From: Lama guanicoe
Taxonomy: Eukaryota
Length of the DNA stretch: 64,000 nt
Assembly (NCBI GenBank): GCA_013239625.1
Contig: MU053873.1
Span: 324,524-388,523, forward strand
Direction of reading: 5' to 3'
Within the stretch, counting starts at the first letter, position 1. Every line of letters begins with the position of its first letter. Both the position numbers and the translations under genes were made by a program. Under the pieces are notes generated by a model that was not told the origin of the DNA, ran no database searches, and saw only the letters and a program-made list of their open reading frames with translations. Below, piece after piece: positions 1 through 13,750 of the stretch.

Positions 1-374
1 TGGCCCCTAACCTCAAAGAACATGGCCACCAGCACAGGAGAACAGAAAAGTACACGGAGAAGCACATCCTTACACTTGTGTTAATTGCTACGAAGCAGCA
101 GCACAGGGCGCCTGAGGACATTAAAGAGAGAGACAATCTAGGCTGGCAGAACGACGGGAGGTGTGTGTCAGGAAAGGCCTCCTTAGAGAGGTAAACATTT
201 AGGCTGAGACCTGAAGGATACATTGGAATCAGCCAGATAAAGGGTGTAAAGTAAGGAAGAGAATTTTCCAGGCAAAAGGAGCGATATGTACAACAGTAAA
301 AGGCACTTGGCATGCTCTGGAATCCTTGTGTGGCTTGAACATAGTGAGCAACGGAGACAGTGATGCCTTGGAAA

Positions 375-527
375 GTACAATCCCCAGAGCAGCGGTCCCA
401 GCATCACTTGGAATTTGTCTGAAATGCAAATTCTCACACCAGAAATTCTGGGGTGGAGCCTGGCAATGTGTGTTTTAACAAGTCCTCCAGGTGATTCTGA
501 TGCAAGCTAGTGTTTGAAAACTACTGC
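375..527. mobile_element. MER5A-like hAT-Charlie DNA transposon relic
   Basis: Characteristic 'cagcatcacttgg...aatgcaaattctc...gttttaacaagtcctccaggtgattctgatgca...tttgaaaactactg'. Confidence 0.75.
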
Positions 528-2202
528 TTTAGATTATTAACTCATCTAATTCTCAAACAATCCTAAGAGGTAGATTCTGTTAATATTCCCGTTTTATTGT
601 AAAGAAACTTACCAAGAAATAGGTTACATGCCCAAGATCACAAGATATTAAGTGGCAGAACTAGGAGTCGCTTCAGACTGCCATTTTCTAAAGCTTGGGC
701 TCCTAACTGTATTGTGCTGCCCCTCAGTGATGGACGCTCAAGAACTGTTGCTAAAGGAGTGTCAAGGGAGATGGATGAGTGCTGCTCTGTGTACTGGTGG
801 TGACCTTCTCCTCCTCTCAACCCATCTAGATACTGAGGGCCTTCAATCCCAGAAGTCGTCTTCTCCCACAGATTTCCTCCATGCCCCTCACTGGGTATAA
901 CCCTACCTTGTCCATACTTCCACTGCACATGATCAGTATCTTGCCTCTGGCATGCAGTGCTTTCTAATGAATGTTATGGTTATTTATATTTGTGATAAAG
1001 GTGATATTTTATGTAAAAATATCAAATAGATATGAAAAAATCAAAATGTAACAGCCCAACATGGCACAGGTACTGACCAATCAGAAAAGATGCCAACTTA
1101 GCCCTGGAACTGGGTTCCTGGATGCTCCCCCTGGGCCAGGTGCCAGCCTTTAGTTGCTAGATTGTGGTATAGTCTGAAGAGATCCCAACAGAGACACTGG
1201 TTGTGGGAGGGGGAGGACTGGTGGGAGTCATTGGGGGTCTCAGAGAAACAACTATTCACCACCTGATATAGAATACTTCAATATTTTAACAACAGGTACA
1301 GTTAGGCCAGTATGCAATAGCTGATCATCAGCCACGCATATGAATGTCATTTATCTTCTGCCATGGTCTATAGCTCTTCGTGAGCACAACCCCGTATCTG
1401 TTTTACTTTTGTATTCCTCAGTCTCCCAGGTCAATGTTTAATAAATCATAAGTAATAACTGTTCAGTGAAAAAGGAAATGTACCAGTGCAACTAAAACCA
1501 GAGCAACCAGGCTTGCTCCACCATAACGGTTCTTAAAGGAATAGGAATTGAGGAGGAGGGAAAAAAGACACAGATAGGGAATGGGGGAGAAAGCAGTGAT
1601 GGAAAACTCATTTATATACATACTGAGTCGTCATCTAGGACTGGAGCCTCTAATTTTTACACCCTTCGTAGCTTGCTTGGGCAGCAAGAAAGATCTAATG
1701 CACTTAAAATTCAAGCTGCATTTTAAAAAAAATTCAAGCTACAATACTAGCTGTTTTGAGGAACCAGATTATATTCATGTGCCAAATATAGCTAGCAAAA
1801 AAAAAAACTGACATAGAATAAAACCAATTATTCGTCCATTTTTTCCTTTCTGCAGTATCTGCAAATTGAATCGCCAGTATTTTGAACATGTTCAATGTGC
1901 TAAATGCCAGATTCTTGTCTGCCCTGTCCCACATCCTGTGGATCTCTTCCAGTGACTTCAGAGGAAATTCTGTGGTCAAAAAGATACAAGTACGTAAAAA
2001 AGAAAAATGAGGGTTTCATTGCTAATTGATGTAAATGAGATATCAACGGGACTACAAAGACATAAAATAAAAAGAAATTTGTTCATGAATGCAAGGGTAA
2101 GACAGTATACTGTTAAAACACAACAAAATAACACTAAGCTTTTCTTTTAAAGGGCTAAAAGATGAGCCTTTGATTCTGGTATAAATTTAAAAACATTCTT
2201 AC

Positions 2203-2239
2203 GTATCTCTTTTCCAAAGCATCAAAACAACCTTGAATC
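2203..2239 (-). CDS. HORMAD2: HORMAD2 coding exon 4 (37 bp), (W)IQGCFDALEKRY; the gene continues beyond the left edge
   Basis: Minus strand reads ttgacag|G ATT CAA GGT TGT TTT GAT GCT TTG GAA AAG AGA TAC|gtaag. Matches the HORMA-domain peptide of HORMAD2, in phase with the previous exon. Confidence 0.93.
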
Positions 2240-2778
2240 CTGTCAAGAAATAAACGTTCGATGTCAATTTGCAAAGACCAGATGCAAAGCCAAAAAGAAT
2301 CTCAAGTACAGAATTGATTTACATTGTTTGCTTTGAAATACATTAAATTGATAGTCATTTCACCTTTCCCATTTAATCGTTTTTTTAAAACTCCTAGTAT
2401 TTTTTAATAAGTTGATAGTACTTCATAAATAATAGATAAACAATTTTGAGGTAGGGAACCACATCTTATTTTTCATTTTGCCTCTTGTAATGTTTAGGAC
2501 ACTGACATGCATATGATGAGTAATCAAATTTTGATTGATATTTTTCTTTCTTGTATAAAGAAAGTCTATTTTCTTCAAAAGCAAAACTAAATCAGTATCT
2601 TAAAATAATACTGAATAATTGTTAAACATTTGTAGGAAATTGTGTAAAAAGAAATACGAAAAGAAAGGAAGAAGGCAATGGTTTTAAGGAAAGGTTCTTA
2701 CCAAATAAAGTCTTACGGGTAATTTCAGCCATGATAAAAATAATGTTGTTCAACTTGGGTGGAATTTCAGTTACTTAC

Positions 2779-2842
2779 CACTTGATAATATGCAGTGACC
2801 CGGGACATTTTTTATCTTCTCTGAGGATTTTTAAAGTGAGGT
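2779..2842 (-). CDS. HORMAD2: HORMAD2 coding exon 3 (64 bp), (D)[20 protein letters not shown](W)
   Basis: tttgtag|AC CTC ACT TTA AAA ATC CTC AGA GAA GAT AAA AAA TGT CCC GGG ... AAG TG|gtaagt; canonical splice sites, phase 1 in and phase 2 out. Confidence 0.95.
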
Positions 2843-4745
2843 CTACAAAAATAGAAACACAGTCTGCTGTACTAAAATTGTCCGTGCTAAATAAGGGTAT
2901 TTCCTTTAATGATTTTATCCATTTAACTCACTTAGTTTTATAGCTTATAAAAATGTTTTGAATCTCTGAATATCTAATTTAAAAATAAATCCTATGTTGA
3001 TAATTGGCTTAGTTCCCATTTTTATTGTGTATCAGCAGTCTTCCTTTCTATAATGTAGCACAACTGAGTTGCTTACAAAATCAACTTGTGTCATTTCTCT
3101 GCTTCTGCTAAATCCTAAGTAATCGTAGGGTAGTATTGTGGCCATCTCCATTAACCAATTTAAAACATACACCTCAATCTCAAATCACTTCTCTAGTGTT
3201 TCTCTCCCTCTCAGTGGAAAAAAAAAAAAACAGATGAAAAAATTGCCACGGATTATTCTCAAATATTAATTTCTATCTGAAATTCAACTACCTTACTATA
3301 GGAAGGAAGAATAGGAAAATCGTATTACACATTTTGATGTAGATCAGTCTAAAGTCAATTACTGATTCATGTATGACTTTATATAAGTCACTTCACCTTT
3401 TCATATTGATTTCCTATCCTAAAATTGATGTTACCTCTATTGCTATTGAGGGATATTAAAATTATTCCATGTTGGTATAACGTTTAGAGATTGCCAAAAA
3501 AAAAGAGTAATATAGGTGTACTGAACATTTTTATGATGTATGCTACTTTAAGTACATTGAGAGGGAGATATGTCACTTCCACTAAAACTGTCACAAAAAA
3601 TAAAGCTATAAAGAATGGTATCGCCCTCCATGCCTAAGCTAGTGATTGGCACATAATAAGTGCTTAATTATCCAAAACATGTCTTTTTTACCAATTCTAT
3701 ATTCCAAACAAGAGGAGAAACTGCAACTATATGCTATATATAAACATTTTCACTATTACAGATTTATATCCTAGACACCAAAAGAGAACATAATACAAAT
3801 GAGGTTGTTACAGTTGCAAATACCATGCTTTTATGTTTATAGCACACATGCATTTCACTGATGTTCATGTAGAGAATTTAAGAAAATTAGATTGGAATGA
3901 GGCCAAAGTATATCATTAAATACAGACTGAGAAATTTAAAGTAAAGTTAGATTTTGAAAAATAACATCTTACAAGGAAACTTGTAGCTCTCTATACTTAT
4001 TTTCCAAATGATACTTCCCACTATAGTGACAAGTCAGCAAGATTTTCTGAATTGTTATCACAATCCAACTTTTTAAACAAAAAGATTTTTGAAAAATTGA
4101 AGAGTCCTAGGTACATTCTTTGTAATAGAAGAGAAGGAAAGGAGACAGAAACAGTTTGTAACATAAAGAAATGAAATCATGAGTTTAAGGACACAAGAAA
4201 TAAAAGGAAGAAAAGTAGGAAAGAGAAAAATTCGGAAAGATCAGAGCTGATTAGAATAATAATTGTCTTAATATCCATGCTAATCATCAAATAGGCTTGG
4301 CATGAGTATATCTTTTTTCCTGGCATATTTGTGTATGTTAACAGGAAGAATTACACTTCTCAATTAAAATTCCTCAATGCCAAAGCCTACCTCAAAGAAC
4401 AAATTCAACTGAGGCACAGAATAGTGCAAAGTACAGCACCCAAATAGATTTAAATCTGGCTGCTGCTTTTATAGGTATGGTTTAGAATTACTGGGCTTGT
4501 CCAGATAGATTTCTTTTCTCCTCAGTCTGTCATTTGGTATCTAGCCAGGAAGTAATGGTTCCTATAAGTAAAACCACTAAACATAGTGAAATTAAAATGG
4601 AAAATGAATTAGCAAATTGATCTTGAAGAACAGGCCCATCCATGACTTGGGAATTAGCACACTCTGTGAGAAATTAAACATTTATTCCTGCCAAATAGAG
4701 AAAAAGGGCAACACCAGCCAAAGTAACCATTTAGTTAAACTTTAC

Positions 4746-4887
4746 CATCCAAATGGCGTTCTCCGTAAGAGCTTTCTGGAAATAGGCCCCTTAGATATGT
4801 AATGCATGAGATAGAAGTAGCGAAGAGTTTCTTCACCATTATCAATGACTCGTGCTCATTAGTGATTTGGGATGGGAAAATTGTTTC
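4746..4887 (-). CDS. HORMAD2: HORMAD2 coding exon 2 (142 bp), [47 protein letters not shown]
   Basis: ccag|GAA ACA ATT TTC ... TTG GAT G|gtaaa; contains the HORMA-domain motif [12 protein letters not shown]. Confidence 0.96.
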
Positions 4888-5159
4888 CTGGTGGGGGGAA
4901 AAAGAAAAAGATCAGTACTCTTTAATATATTCAGCCTATCATGCCATTACCACAAATAAAATGGAAAGCTCTTTCAAGACTTCAAATCTGATACCTTTAT
5001 AGATAATCAAAAGGAAAAGGGCTTTGAATATTGCATTAAATTGGATGTTCAGGCAAAGCAGAGCAAAGGCAGAGACATTTATCCAAGTAATTCAAGACTA
5101 ATATAATTTATTTTATGATGATCCATGGATTTGAGGCAAAGCTGGGGTTTTTACTGTGA

Positions 5160-6200
5160 TTGTATAAGCTTTCCTTTCACACACTCTTCAGAACCCACTG
5201 CAATCTGTCTTTTCTCCCCTCTACTGTATTCTCTCCAAAGTCACAAAGTATATCCTAGCATTGACCTCGTCTCAGTCCTCACACTATGAAACTTCTCTGC
5301 AAAGTTTGACACTTTTGCCTACACTCTCTTTTCTCAGCTGCCTTAATACTATTCTCTTTTGGGGTTTTTTTGTTGTTTTTTTTTCACCTATTCCTCCCTC
5401 CATATCTACCTCAATGGTTTTTATTTTTTCCAATTTTCCTGCTCTTTAAACTTTGGCCCCACCCCAGAATTCTGTCTTCAGTCTTTTCCCTTTTCATAGC
5501 TCTCTTCTTGGGTAATTTCATCTAGTCTCATTGCTTCAGGTACAGTCTATACAAAGAAGCCTTCAAGTCCTTATTTCTGTTCTGACTTCTATATGTCTAT
5601 TTTCTGAACATCTGCACCTAGACCACTTTGTAGACCCCTCAAACTCAGTTTATCACCCTGACTAAAACCTGATCCCATGTCTCATTCTTAGGCAAATGAA
5701 TCAGCATCCACTCCAATCATCCAAGCTAGTGGTGGAGTCATCTTTGGCTTCTCTCTCTTTCCTCCATATCCCAAATCCAATTACTAAATCCTATTAATTC
5801 TCTCCAGAAGAGTCCTCCAATCTGTTTTCTCCTCTCCCTTGTCACTGCCACTGCCTTGGCTCAGGACATACTTACTTCTCCCCTTTATGGCTGCAGTAGC
5901 CTCTCATCTCCTTCCAACAGTTCCTTTCATTCACTCTGTCCTTCATGTGGCCATCATTGTTAACGCTGAAGAATACAGATCTTACCATGACACTCCCCAT
6001 GTTCGTACAGGATAGAGTTCAAGTGAGGCATTTGAGAAATGTCAAATCTTATGCTTGCCTAGCTTTCCTGCCTTACCACCCTCTGCCCTCTGTCCCTACT
6101 TCATTACCCTCTCCTATGCACCCTGCTCTCTAGCCAGGTGGAACTACTATTCATCCACTATGCTACTGCCATGTATTTCCACACCTCTGTGCCTCGCTTA
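5160..6200. mobile_element. Degenerate L2 LINE fragment
   Basis: Pyrimidine-rich, with L2-type phrases (ctctccaaagtcac, catccaagct...ggagtcatctttg, actgccactgccttg); boundaries approximate. Confidence 0.55.
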
Positions 6201-6269
6201 AGCTAGAGTTCTGCAGAATACTAAGGTTCTGTAAGATATCAGAGTGGTCTACAAAAAAGTATCAATGCT

Positions 6270-6391
6270 GGGGGAAGGGTATAGCTCAGTGGTAGAATGC
6301 ATGCTTAGCATGTACAAGGTCCTGGGTTCAATCCCCAGTGCCTCCATTAATAAATAAATAAATAAGCCTAATTACCTCCTCCACCTGCCAG
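6270..6391 (+). mobile_element. tRNA-Ala(AGC)-derived SINE (camelid vic-1 type) with 17-bp TSD
   Basis: Head GGGTATAGCTCAGTGGTAGA...CTTAGCATG...GGTTCAATCCCCAG, (TAAA)n, CCTAATTACCTCC tail; flanked by AAAAAAGTATCA(A/G)TGCT at 6253-6269 and 6392-6408. Confidence 0.88.
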
Positions 6392-6869
6392 AAAAAAGTA
6401 TCAGTGCTAACAATAGGTTCCTTCTAAAATTTGTATGTATGTGTGTGATGTATTAAATGATTTATACAGTTCTCCTTAAAAGATTGGCTAATCTGCCTTA
6501 AGAAATAGTGTGCCATATTAGAAATGCCATAAGTGTGACAGATGCATGGATTTTACTTCAGTATATAAGAAGTGCCTACCAACTAACAGTTATGTTGCAT
6601 ATAGAGTATTTGCTGATAGATTGTTTGGTATCTTGAGTTATCACTTCAACGTGTTTGTCATATCATTCAATGTTTATTGTGTACATGTGTTAACACAAAA
6701 ATAAAAATTTGATCATTTTTGTCACAACTAGTCTGACACTGCTTTTTCCTGTCTCCTTTTAATCCAAGCACCAAATATGTCTCATGAACTCCAGCTGGTG
6801 TTGTGACAATACATTACAATTTTAAAGTACTTTCTGAATATTGATGATTTGAACTAGATTAAACTTAAG

Positions 6870-7555
6870 CACTTCTGTTCATTAATAGACTATTAAGAAC
6901 AAAGAGGCAACTCAAGAGTGGAAGAAGATATTCTCAGCATCTGACAAAGGACTCATATCCAGAATGTATAAAGAACTCCTAAAATTCACTAAGAAAAAGA
7001 CAACTGGAAAGAAAAATGGGCAAAAGACTTGAACAAACACTTCACAAAAAAGGATATCCAAATGGCCAATAAACAATGAAAAAGTGCTTGAACTTCATCA
7101 GAGAAATGCACATTAAAATCACAATGCAATAGCATTATATTATATATATTAGAGCATAAATGGGTACATCCTCTATGGGAGATTGCTTCGTGATATCTAC
7201 TAAAGCTAAATATAAACATATCCTATGACCCATATTCCACTTGTTGGTATACACCCAACATACGTTCACCAAAAGAATGGTCATAACAGCATTATTTGTA
7301 ATAGACCCAAACTGAAAACTACCCAAATGTCCATCAACAAGGAAATGGATAAACAAATGGCGGTTTATTACCATAGTGATATACTATAGAGCATTGAGAG
7401 TAAATGATCTACAAGTAAATTTAACATTATAAGTGACTCTCACACATAAAGCTGAGCACAAGAAACATGATACAAATGAGTACTACTGTATGATTTCATT
7501 TATAAAATGTACAAAAGCAGGTGAGACTAATCTACACTAGTAGAAGTCAGGATGA
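6870..7555 (+). mobile_element. Old L1 (L1M-type) 3' fragment
   Basis: 'aaatgggcaaaagacttgaacaaacacttcac...cccaaatgtccatcaaca' motifs of L1 ORF2 end and 3'UTR. Confidence 0.8.
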
Positions 7556-10089
7556 TAAATCTCTGATTACCTTATTCAAATTCAGGGGTCTTTTTTTTTT
7601 GTATTATACTGCACATTTCAACTGCTGAAGTTTTAATAATTCTGTTACTTAGAGGCAGGTACTACTCACAAATATGCCTACAGATGAAAAAGAATTCCCC
7701 TAAAGCTTTTCCATATCTAGATCTGATTCTATAATGTCTTTTGGGCATTCTAGACATGATTTTGCAATATAAGCTTACTTCTTTGGTACACTATATAGTG
7801 AAAATGAATGATCAGTTCCTCCTTTTTTCCAAACTGTATTATGTTTAGTTAAAAAGATATATAAAATTATTACTCTTGCATGTATGATAGGAATTTGGGG
7901 GACAAATTAATATGGATCTTAAAAGCCAGGCTAAGGAAATTATGCTTTATTCTGAAACTAGTGGAAAGGCAGCAGGTTTGACCAGGACAGTGAATAATTG
8001 TTTTAGGAATATTAAGCTGTAGCAGAAGTAGGAAAGATTAAAGTTGAAAGAGAATTAGGTATGTAATGTGCATGTGTATGTATGTGTATGTGTGTAAAAT
8101 TTGACAGAAAATTGCTTTTTGTACCCATGGGACCTAGAAATTAAGGTTCTTTGAGGGTAATTGGGTAACAGCTGCCATGGGACATATATAATAACTTATT
8201 GAAAATATGCCAAAATTTAGAGGTAATACTTGAGTAATAACCATTTGTAAAGTTAAATAACCTGAAAATATAAAGACATCTACTTTAAATCTAAAGAATC
8301 TAAAAGGTCATTTGTAATAATGAAGATCAATGGTTGGAAAAGGCCTTTAGAATTCTGTTACTTCTCTATACTCCAAGAATTTTTCTCTCAGCTCAGCTGA
8401 TCTAAATCTTTAAGGGTAATCATTCACATTTTTATAAATGTCTAATACATGAAAATACTGTGGCTTGATAATAGAAAACACTATTATAAATTATTTTAAT
8501 AAGACAGTGTGCTAATGATATGTGAGGTTTGGCAGCTTAGCTGTTAAGCTACATGACGTGACCTAATGCAAGTTACTTTACTTCTCTGAGCTTCAGTATC
8601 CTCCTTATTTTGAGGTTTAATTGAAATAATAATATAAAACCCTTGGCACAGGGCCTAGCACATCATAAGTGCTGAATAAATGTTAGCTTCTATATTTACT
8701 ATTATTGTTGTTTTAAGTATTAAATAGCAAAATCATAGTCACTTAAAATATACTGGGAGAAGTAGCTCATGTAGTTCAAACTACAAAGATCTGTTTATAT
8801 CAAAAGGTCAATTTGTTAGTTTACAGTAAGAAAAATAACTGCCAAGCTGATTGCACTTCATATACTCAACTTAGCATTTACCACCCCCCCCCAGGAAGGA
8901 AGCATATTAAGGAAACTAAAAGAGATCAGGAGTCTGCTTGGTAAATATATTGAATTTGAGCCAGAAAGATGACTGCTTTCTCTCTGCCCTAATTCTCCTT
9001 CAACTTCAATCTTTCCTACTTCTGCTACAGCTTAATATTCCTAAAACAATTATTTTACTCACCGTCCTGATCAAATCTGCTGACTTGCCATTGACTGCAG
9101 AATAAAGCAAAAATTCCTTACCCTTGCTTTTAAGATCCACATTAATTTGTCCCCAAAGTTCCTATTCAATTTTATTTCCTACTTCTGTCCAAGATGATGA
9201 CAATCCACTCCAATAAGGATGTTCGTTATTCTCTGAAACATGCCAAGCTCACTTCTTATTCTGAGCCAAGGGATATGCTAGTTTTTCCTCATAGAATTCT
9301 TTCTCCTCTATCCTAATCCTTTTCATTATTTAAGGTCCACTTTAAGTCCTTCTCCTTCATGAGGAATATACAAACCATTCCAGTCTATATAAAATCTCTA
9401 AATTCCTATAATTTGTATTGCTTTATTCTTTCCACATATACTTAATGCATATACTACTTTGTATATTGACTTAACTCCTGTGAATCTTATTTCCCTAATG
9501 AGATTATAAACTTCTGGAAGATGAAGATTCTTTTTTTTTTAATTCTCTCAGAGAATAACACAGTATTGCCTATAAGTTATATAATATTGAGCTCTCAATG
9601 AATAAATGAATGATTCATCAGAGAATGTCATGGGACAAGATAAACTTGCCCAGGTAGCAAGGTTGCCTGATCCTGGCAAGCTCCCCCTGGGCCCCAGCAT
9701 CCAAGTTTCTCTCAGTGCTCTCTCCTTCAGTTCTTGTAATTACATCACAGTGTGCATCAGAAGTTTCCTAATTGTGTCAGGAAGTGAATGTCTAACAAAG
9801 AACCATTCTCTTTAAACATCTTTTTTTGTTTCTGATTTCTTTTACTCTAGAAAGTCTAAATATATAAACACAAAACAAGCACCCAGTAAGTTACTTTGTA
9901 GGAATCCATTCTAATTTCCTGAACAACCTCAATCCATTAGCCAGTTAAAATGTAGACATATTCTGCCAGAATATTATGGGCCAATTAACTGATAAAACTG
10001 CTGTTTAAAAAAACACCAAAGATTAAAGTCATGATTCTGAACTAACTCAGTAAATAGTCATCGATTTTCTTTTAATTCTGAATAAATAC

Positions 10090-10140
10090 CTTAGATGCCT
10101 TGTGAATTCTGATAGAGCGAGAGAGCTGAGCAGTGGCCAT
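10090..10140 (-). CDS. HORMAD2: HORMAD2 first coding exon, MATAQLSRSIRIHKASK (whole exon 10090-10177 including 37 nt of 5'UTR)
   Basis: ttttacag|GTTATA...CTATA ATG GCC ACT GCT CAG CTC ... TCT AAG|gtattt; matches the HORMAD2 N-terminus, phase 0 into the next exon. Confidence 0.93.
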
Positions 10141-10574
10141 TATAGAAATGTATCAGGATTCTTTTAACAAATATAACCTGTAAAAGAAAAAAAATTAATT
10201 AGAGACCTTGCCTAATACATCCTTACTGTGAATTTTCCAAAGAACAACTATGTAGTGAGCATTTGACTGTATTCTTTGGAGAATTAGTTTAATAAACATT
10301 TTTATATTTATTACCAGTTTTCACAAATACTGTAAGATCTCTGGATTACTTTTTCCCACCACCCAATGAAAATTTAACTTACTTATTCCCAAATACATTT
10401 GGAGGAGAAAAATAAATTGTAAAGCGCCTAAAGACTCAACAAAGTATTTTAGTCATCTTTGTTATTCCCTCAGAGTGTAACAGTTCTCTCTATATAGGAG
10501 GGGCTCAAAAATATTTCTTGAATTAACTTCATGTGTAATTGATTTTCAAAGTCAACTCAAAAGTTAATGTTTAC

Positions 10575-11300
10575 ACTTCACACCCATTAGGATGGCTATT
10601 CAAAAAAAAAAAGAAAGGAAAATAACATGCATTGGTGAAGGTGGGGGAGAATTGGAATCCTTGTACACTGTTGGTAGAAATGTAAAATGGTGCAATTGCT
10701 GTGGAAAACAGTATGGCAGTTCCTTAAAAAGTTAAATAGATTTACCATATTATCTAGCAATGCCACTTCTAGGCATATACCCAAAAGAATTGAAAGGAGG
10801 TATTCAAACAGATATTTATACACCAATGTTCATACAGTATTAATTACAATAACCAAAAGATAGAAACAACCCAAATGTCCAACAACAGTTGAGTGGATTT
10901 TTAAAATGTGGTATACACAATGGAATATTATTCAGCCTTAAAAGAGAATGAAATTCAGATACATATTGCAACATGGATAAACTTGACATTATGCTCAGTG
11001 AAATAAACCAGACATGAAAGGACAAATATAGCAGGATTCCACTTGTATGAGGTAGAGATCCCTAAAGTAGTCAAATTCAGAGAGATAGAGAGTAGAATAG
11101 AGGTTACCAGGGACTGGAGGGTGGAAGAAATGGGAAGTTCAATGGGTACAGAATTTCTGCCTAGGATGATGAAAAATTCTACAGATGGATAATGGTGATG
11201 GTTGTGTAACATTGTGAATGCACTTAGTGCCAGTGAATTATACACTTAAGAATGATTGAGATGGTGAATTTTGTTATATACACTTGACCACAACAAAAAG
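10575..11300 (+). mobile_element. L1MB-like 3' fragment
   Basis: 'cacttcacacccattaggatggcta...gtaaaatggtgca...ggtgatggttgt...gaattatacacttaa'. Confidence 0.82.
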
Positions 11301-12279
11301 CATTAACGTTTAAAATATATCTGGTTTTCACTTCTATCACTTCACTAACACAAAAAAAGAAGCAAATTTCCCTTTTTCTTTTCAAAGGACTTACTTTGGG
11401 GTTCTTTTCAAGGTTTTATAGAGTTCTGACCAAAATATTTGTAAAATAACCCACTTATAGAAATTCCATTCTGGATCACCCAAGATAGCCTGTGACCCGT
11501 TTTTGTGTATAGATTAATGCAAGATTCTGGAAGATTTTGCAAATAAGAGGGCAGAATTATTTGAGGACACTGCCACAAGGTGGTGATAGAGATTATAAAC
11601 AGTACTTAATTTCTCTCAATTTACTTTTCGGAGTGGCACTAGGGGACACTCTTTTACAAGATTTCATGTGAGACTGAACCCCACCTAATAGTCTTTTGGT
11701 CCTTAAGATCCCAAGGTATTTTTTGTTGACTTCAAACTATAACCTTCATTTCTGAGTGTAACCTTCAAAACTAACTCAACATATCAATTGTCACCCTTAC
11801 AACTTCAGGAAATAAAATGGGAAAAATAAGTAACTACAAGAGTTTATGCTCTAGTTCTGGCCTATTAAACTATGGTAAACCACCCCCTTTTGCGGTAGTT
11901 ATTAGTCTTAGAGACAATAAGTAAGAGAATAATGATTTTTAAATAGTTTTCTATATTGGTGGGGTTTTAAATTTTTCTCTGTGATCATAAGATATTCTGA
12001 AGACATTTCTAGAATATAAAGCTCTGAAAATAACATCAGCCAATTAGAACACAATGCATTTACTACATTCACGAATATTTTTGGAATTTATGGATAACCT
12101 AGTTTAAATTGATATCATTACTGAAAACTCAGACACCCAGGGTACTTGCTTTTGAGAAGGGATTCAAAACTAGTCACTATTAGCATTTGGGAAATACCTG
12201 CGGAATTAACATTTGGAAAATAAGTAAAGTTGAATTTTACATACACATATGTATGTATACAAAGAAAAATAGCCAGCAG

Positions 12280-13750
12280 TGTAGTCTAAGAGAAAGGCTT
12301 TGGAGGTAAGTAACCTAGGTTCAAATTCTGCTCAACTACCTAGTAGCTCTGTGATTTGTTCAAATTACTTAATATCTCTGGGCTTCAGTTTGCTTTTTGT
12401 AAAATGTAGACAACAAATTCAACTTTCCAAGGCTCTTACAGTGTTTATTGGGGCATATATTTATCTGGAGAGGAAACATAGCATAGGGGTCAAGCACGTG
12501 AACACTTCTGGAGACAAACTGCCTAGAATCAAATCTCAATCTGCAATTCAGTTGCTATATCATCTTGTGCAGGTTGTGTGCTTTGGTTTCCCCACCTGTA
12601 AAGTAGGGACAGTAACAGTACCTACATCACAGGGTTGTTGTGAGGCCTAAATGAGGCATTATTTGTATGGTACTTGTAACACTGTCTGATACACATTTCA
12701 TTGTATGTAACAAAACATGTTTATTTTAAAAAGCTTATATTAGTATTTGAACTCCTAGTTTTCTTCCAGCCTCCCAGTTGTTCCTTCTCATTGCCACTTT
12801 CAGACTTTTTCCCTGCCCATTTCTTAGCTTTTGGTGCCCTTCAAGGTTCTATCATAGGAGCTTTCCTTTCCTTTTTTTTTTTTTTTAACTTCTAAACACA
12901 CTCCCTGGATGAAGAAATGCATTCCCATTGTTTCAATTACTATTTCTATTCTAATGACTCTCATATGTATATCTCCAACTCAGGTCCCTCTGGGAGGTGC
13001 TGATCTATACCTCTGACTATGAGACAGTTCCACTTTGATGTTCCCAACATATCCAAATGTGAATTATTTCCCCTGCAAACCTATTTCTGTACGTTAGCTA
13101 ACTGAATGATACCATCAAATAATACCTAGATGCTCAGGCCTAAAAATTGTGACTCAACCATGTTCCTTCCCTCATTCCCACATCCAGTCTCAATATTTCT
13201 CAAATGTCCACTCCTCATTTCATTCACATTGTTGTCATCTCTGCTTTAGATCAGATCAGCCTCATCTTTTGCCTGCACTTTTACAATCACCACTCTGCCC
13301 GTCACTGGTCTTACTCTTTTCCAGTATATTCTTTGTACTGCAGCCAGGTTTTTCTTTCTAAATTACAAAATTGATTATGTAACTTCCTAGACTGAAATAC
13401 TTCAATGGCTCCCCACTGCCCTCAGGATAAAATCTAAACTCCTTACCCTGATCTGGCTCATGAACTGGCTCATGCCTCCTTAGCCACGTCTCCAACCATT
13501 TTCCCTTACACTTTAATGCACCAGGTATTCTTGTCCACTTTAATTACCCTATATTCTCTCTAGCTTTCCAGCTTTTGTAATATTCCTTCTGCCTGAAACA
13601 TCCTCCTCCCTTCCCAATTATTACTCATCCCCTAGACATGCCTTAGTGTAATTTTCTCAAGGAATTACTCCCTGGTTCACCACCACCACCAAGTCCGGAT
13701 TATGTGCCCATTGTAATATATACCACTCCACCTTGCTGTGAGATAATGTG
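12280..13750. mobile_element. Cluster of MIR and L2 relics
   Basis: MIR cores ('ctgggcttcagtttg...gtaaaatg', 'cacctgtaaagtagggacagtaacagtacctacatcacagggttgttgtgagg') followed by an L2-like tract ('ttcaatggctccccactgccctcaggataaaatctaaactcctt'). Confidence 0.6.

Noticed and set aside
1..2200. Search for the next HORMAD2 micro-exon (LRMAVLT-like, about 21 nt)
   Set aside because: No convincing match with splice sites found by eye; it probably lies left of the window.
6275..6346. Apparent tRNA-Ala(AGC) gene (also near 22210-22280 and 30632-30703)
   Set aside because: Followed by the shared SINE tail, stems carry mismatches, and two copies have clear TSDs; these are SINE heads, not tRNA genes.
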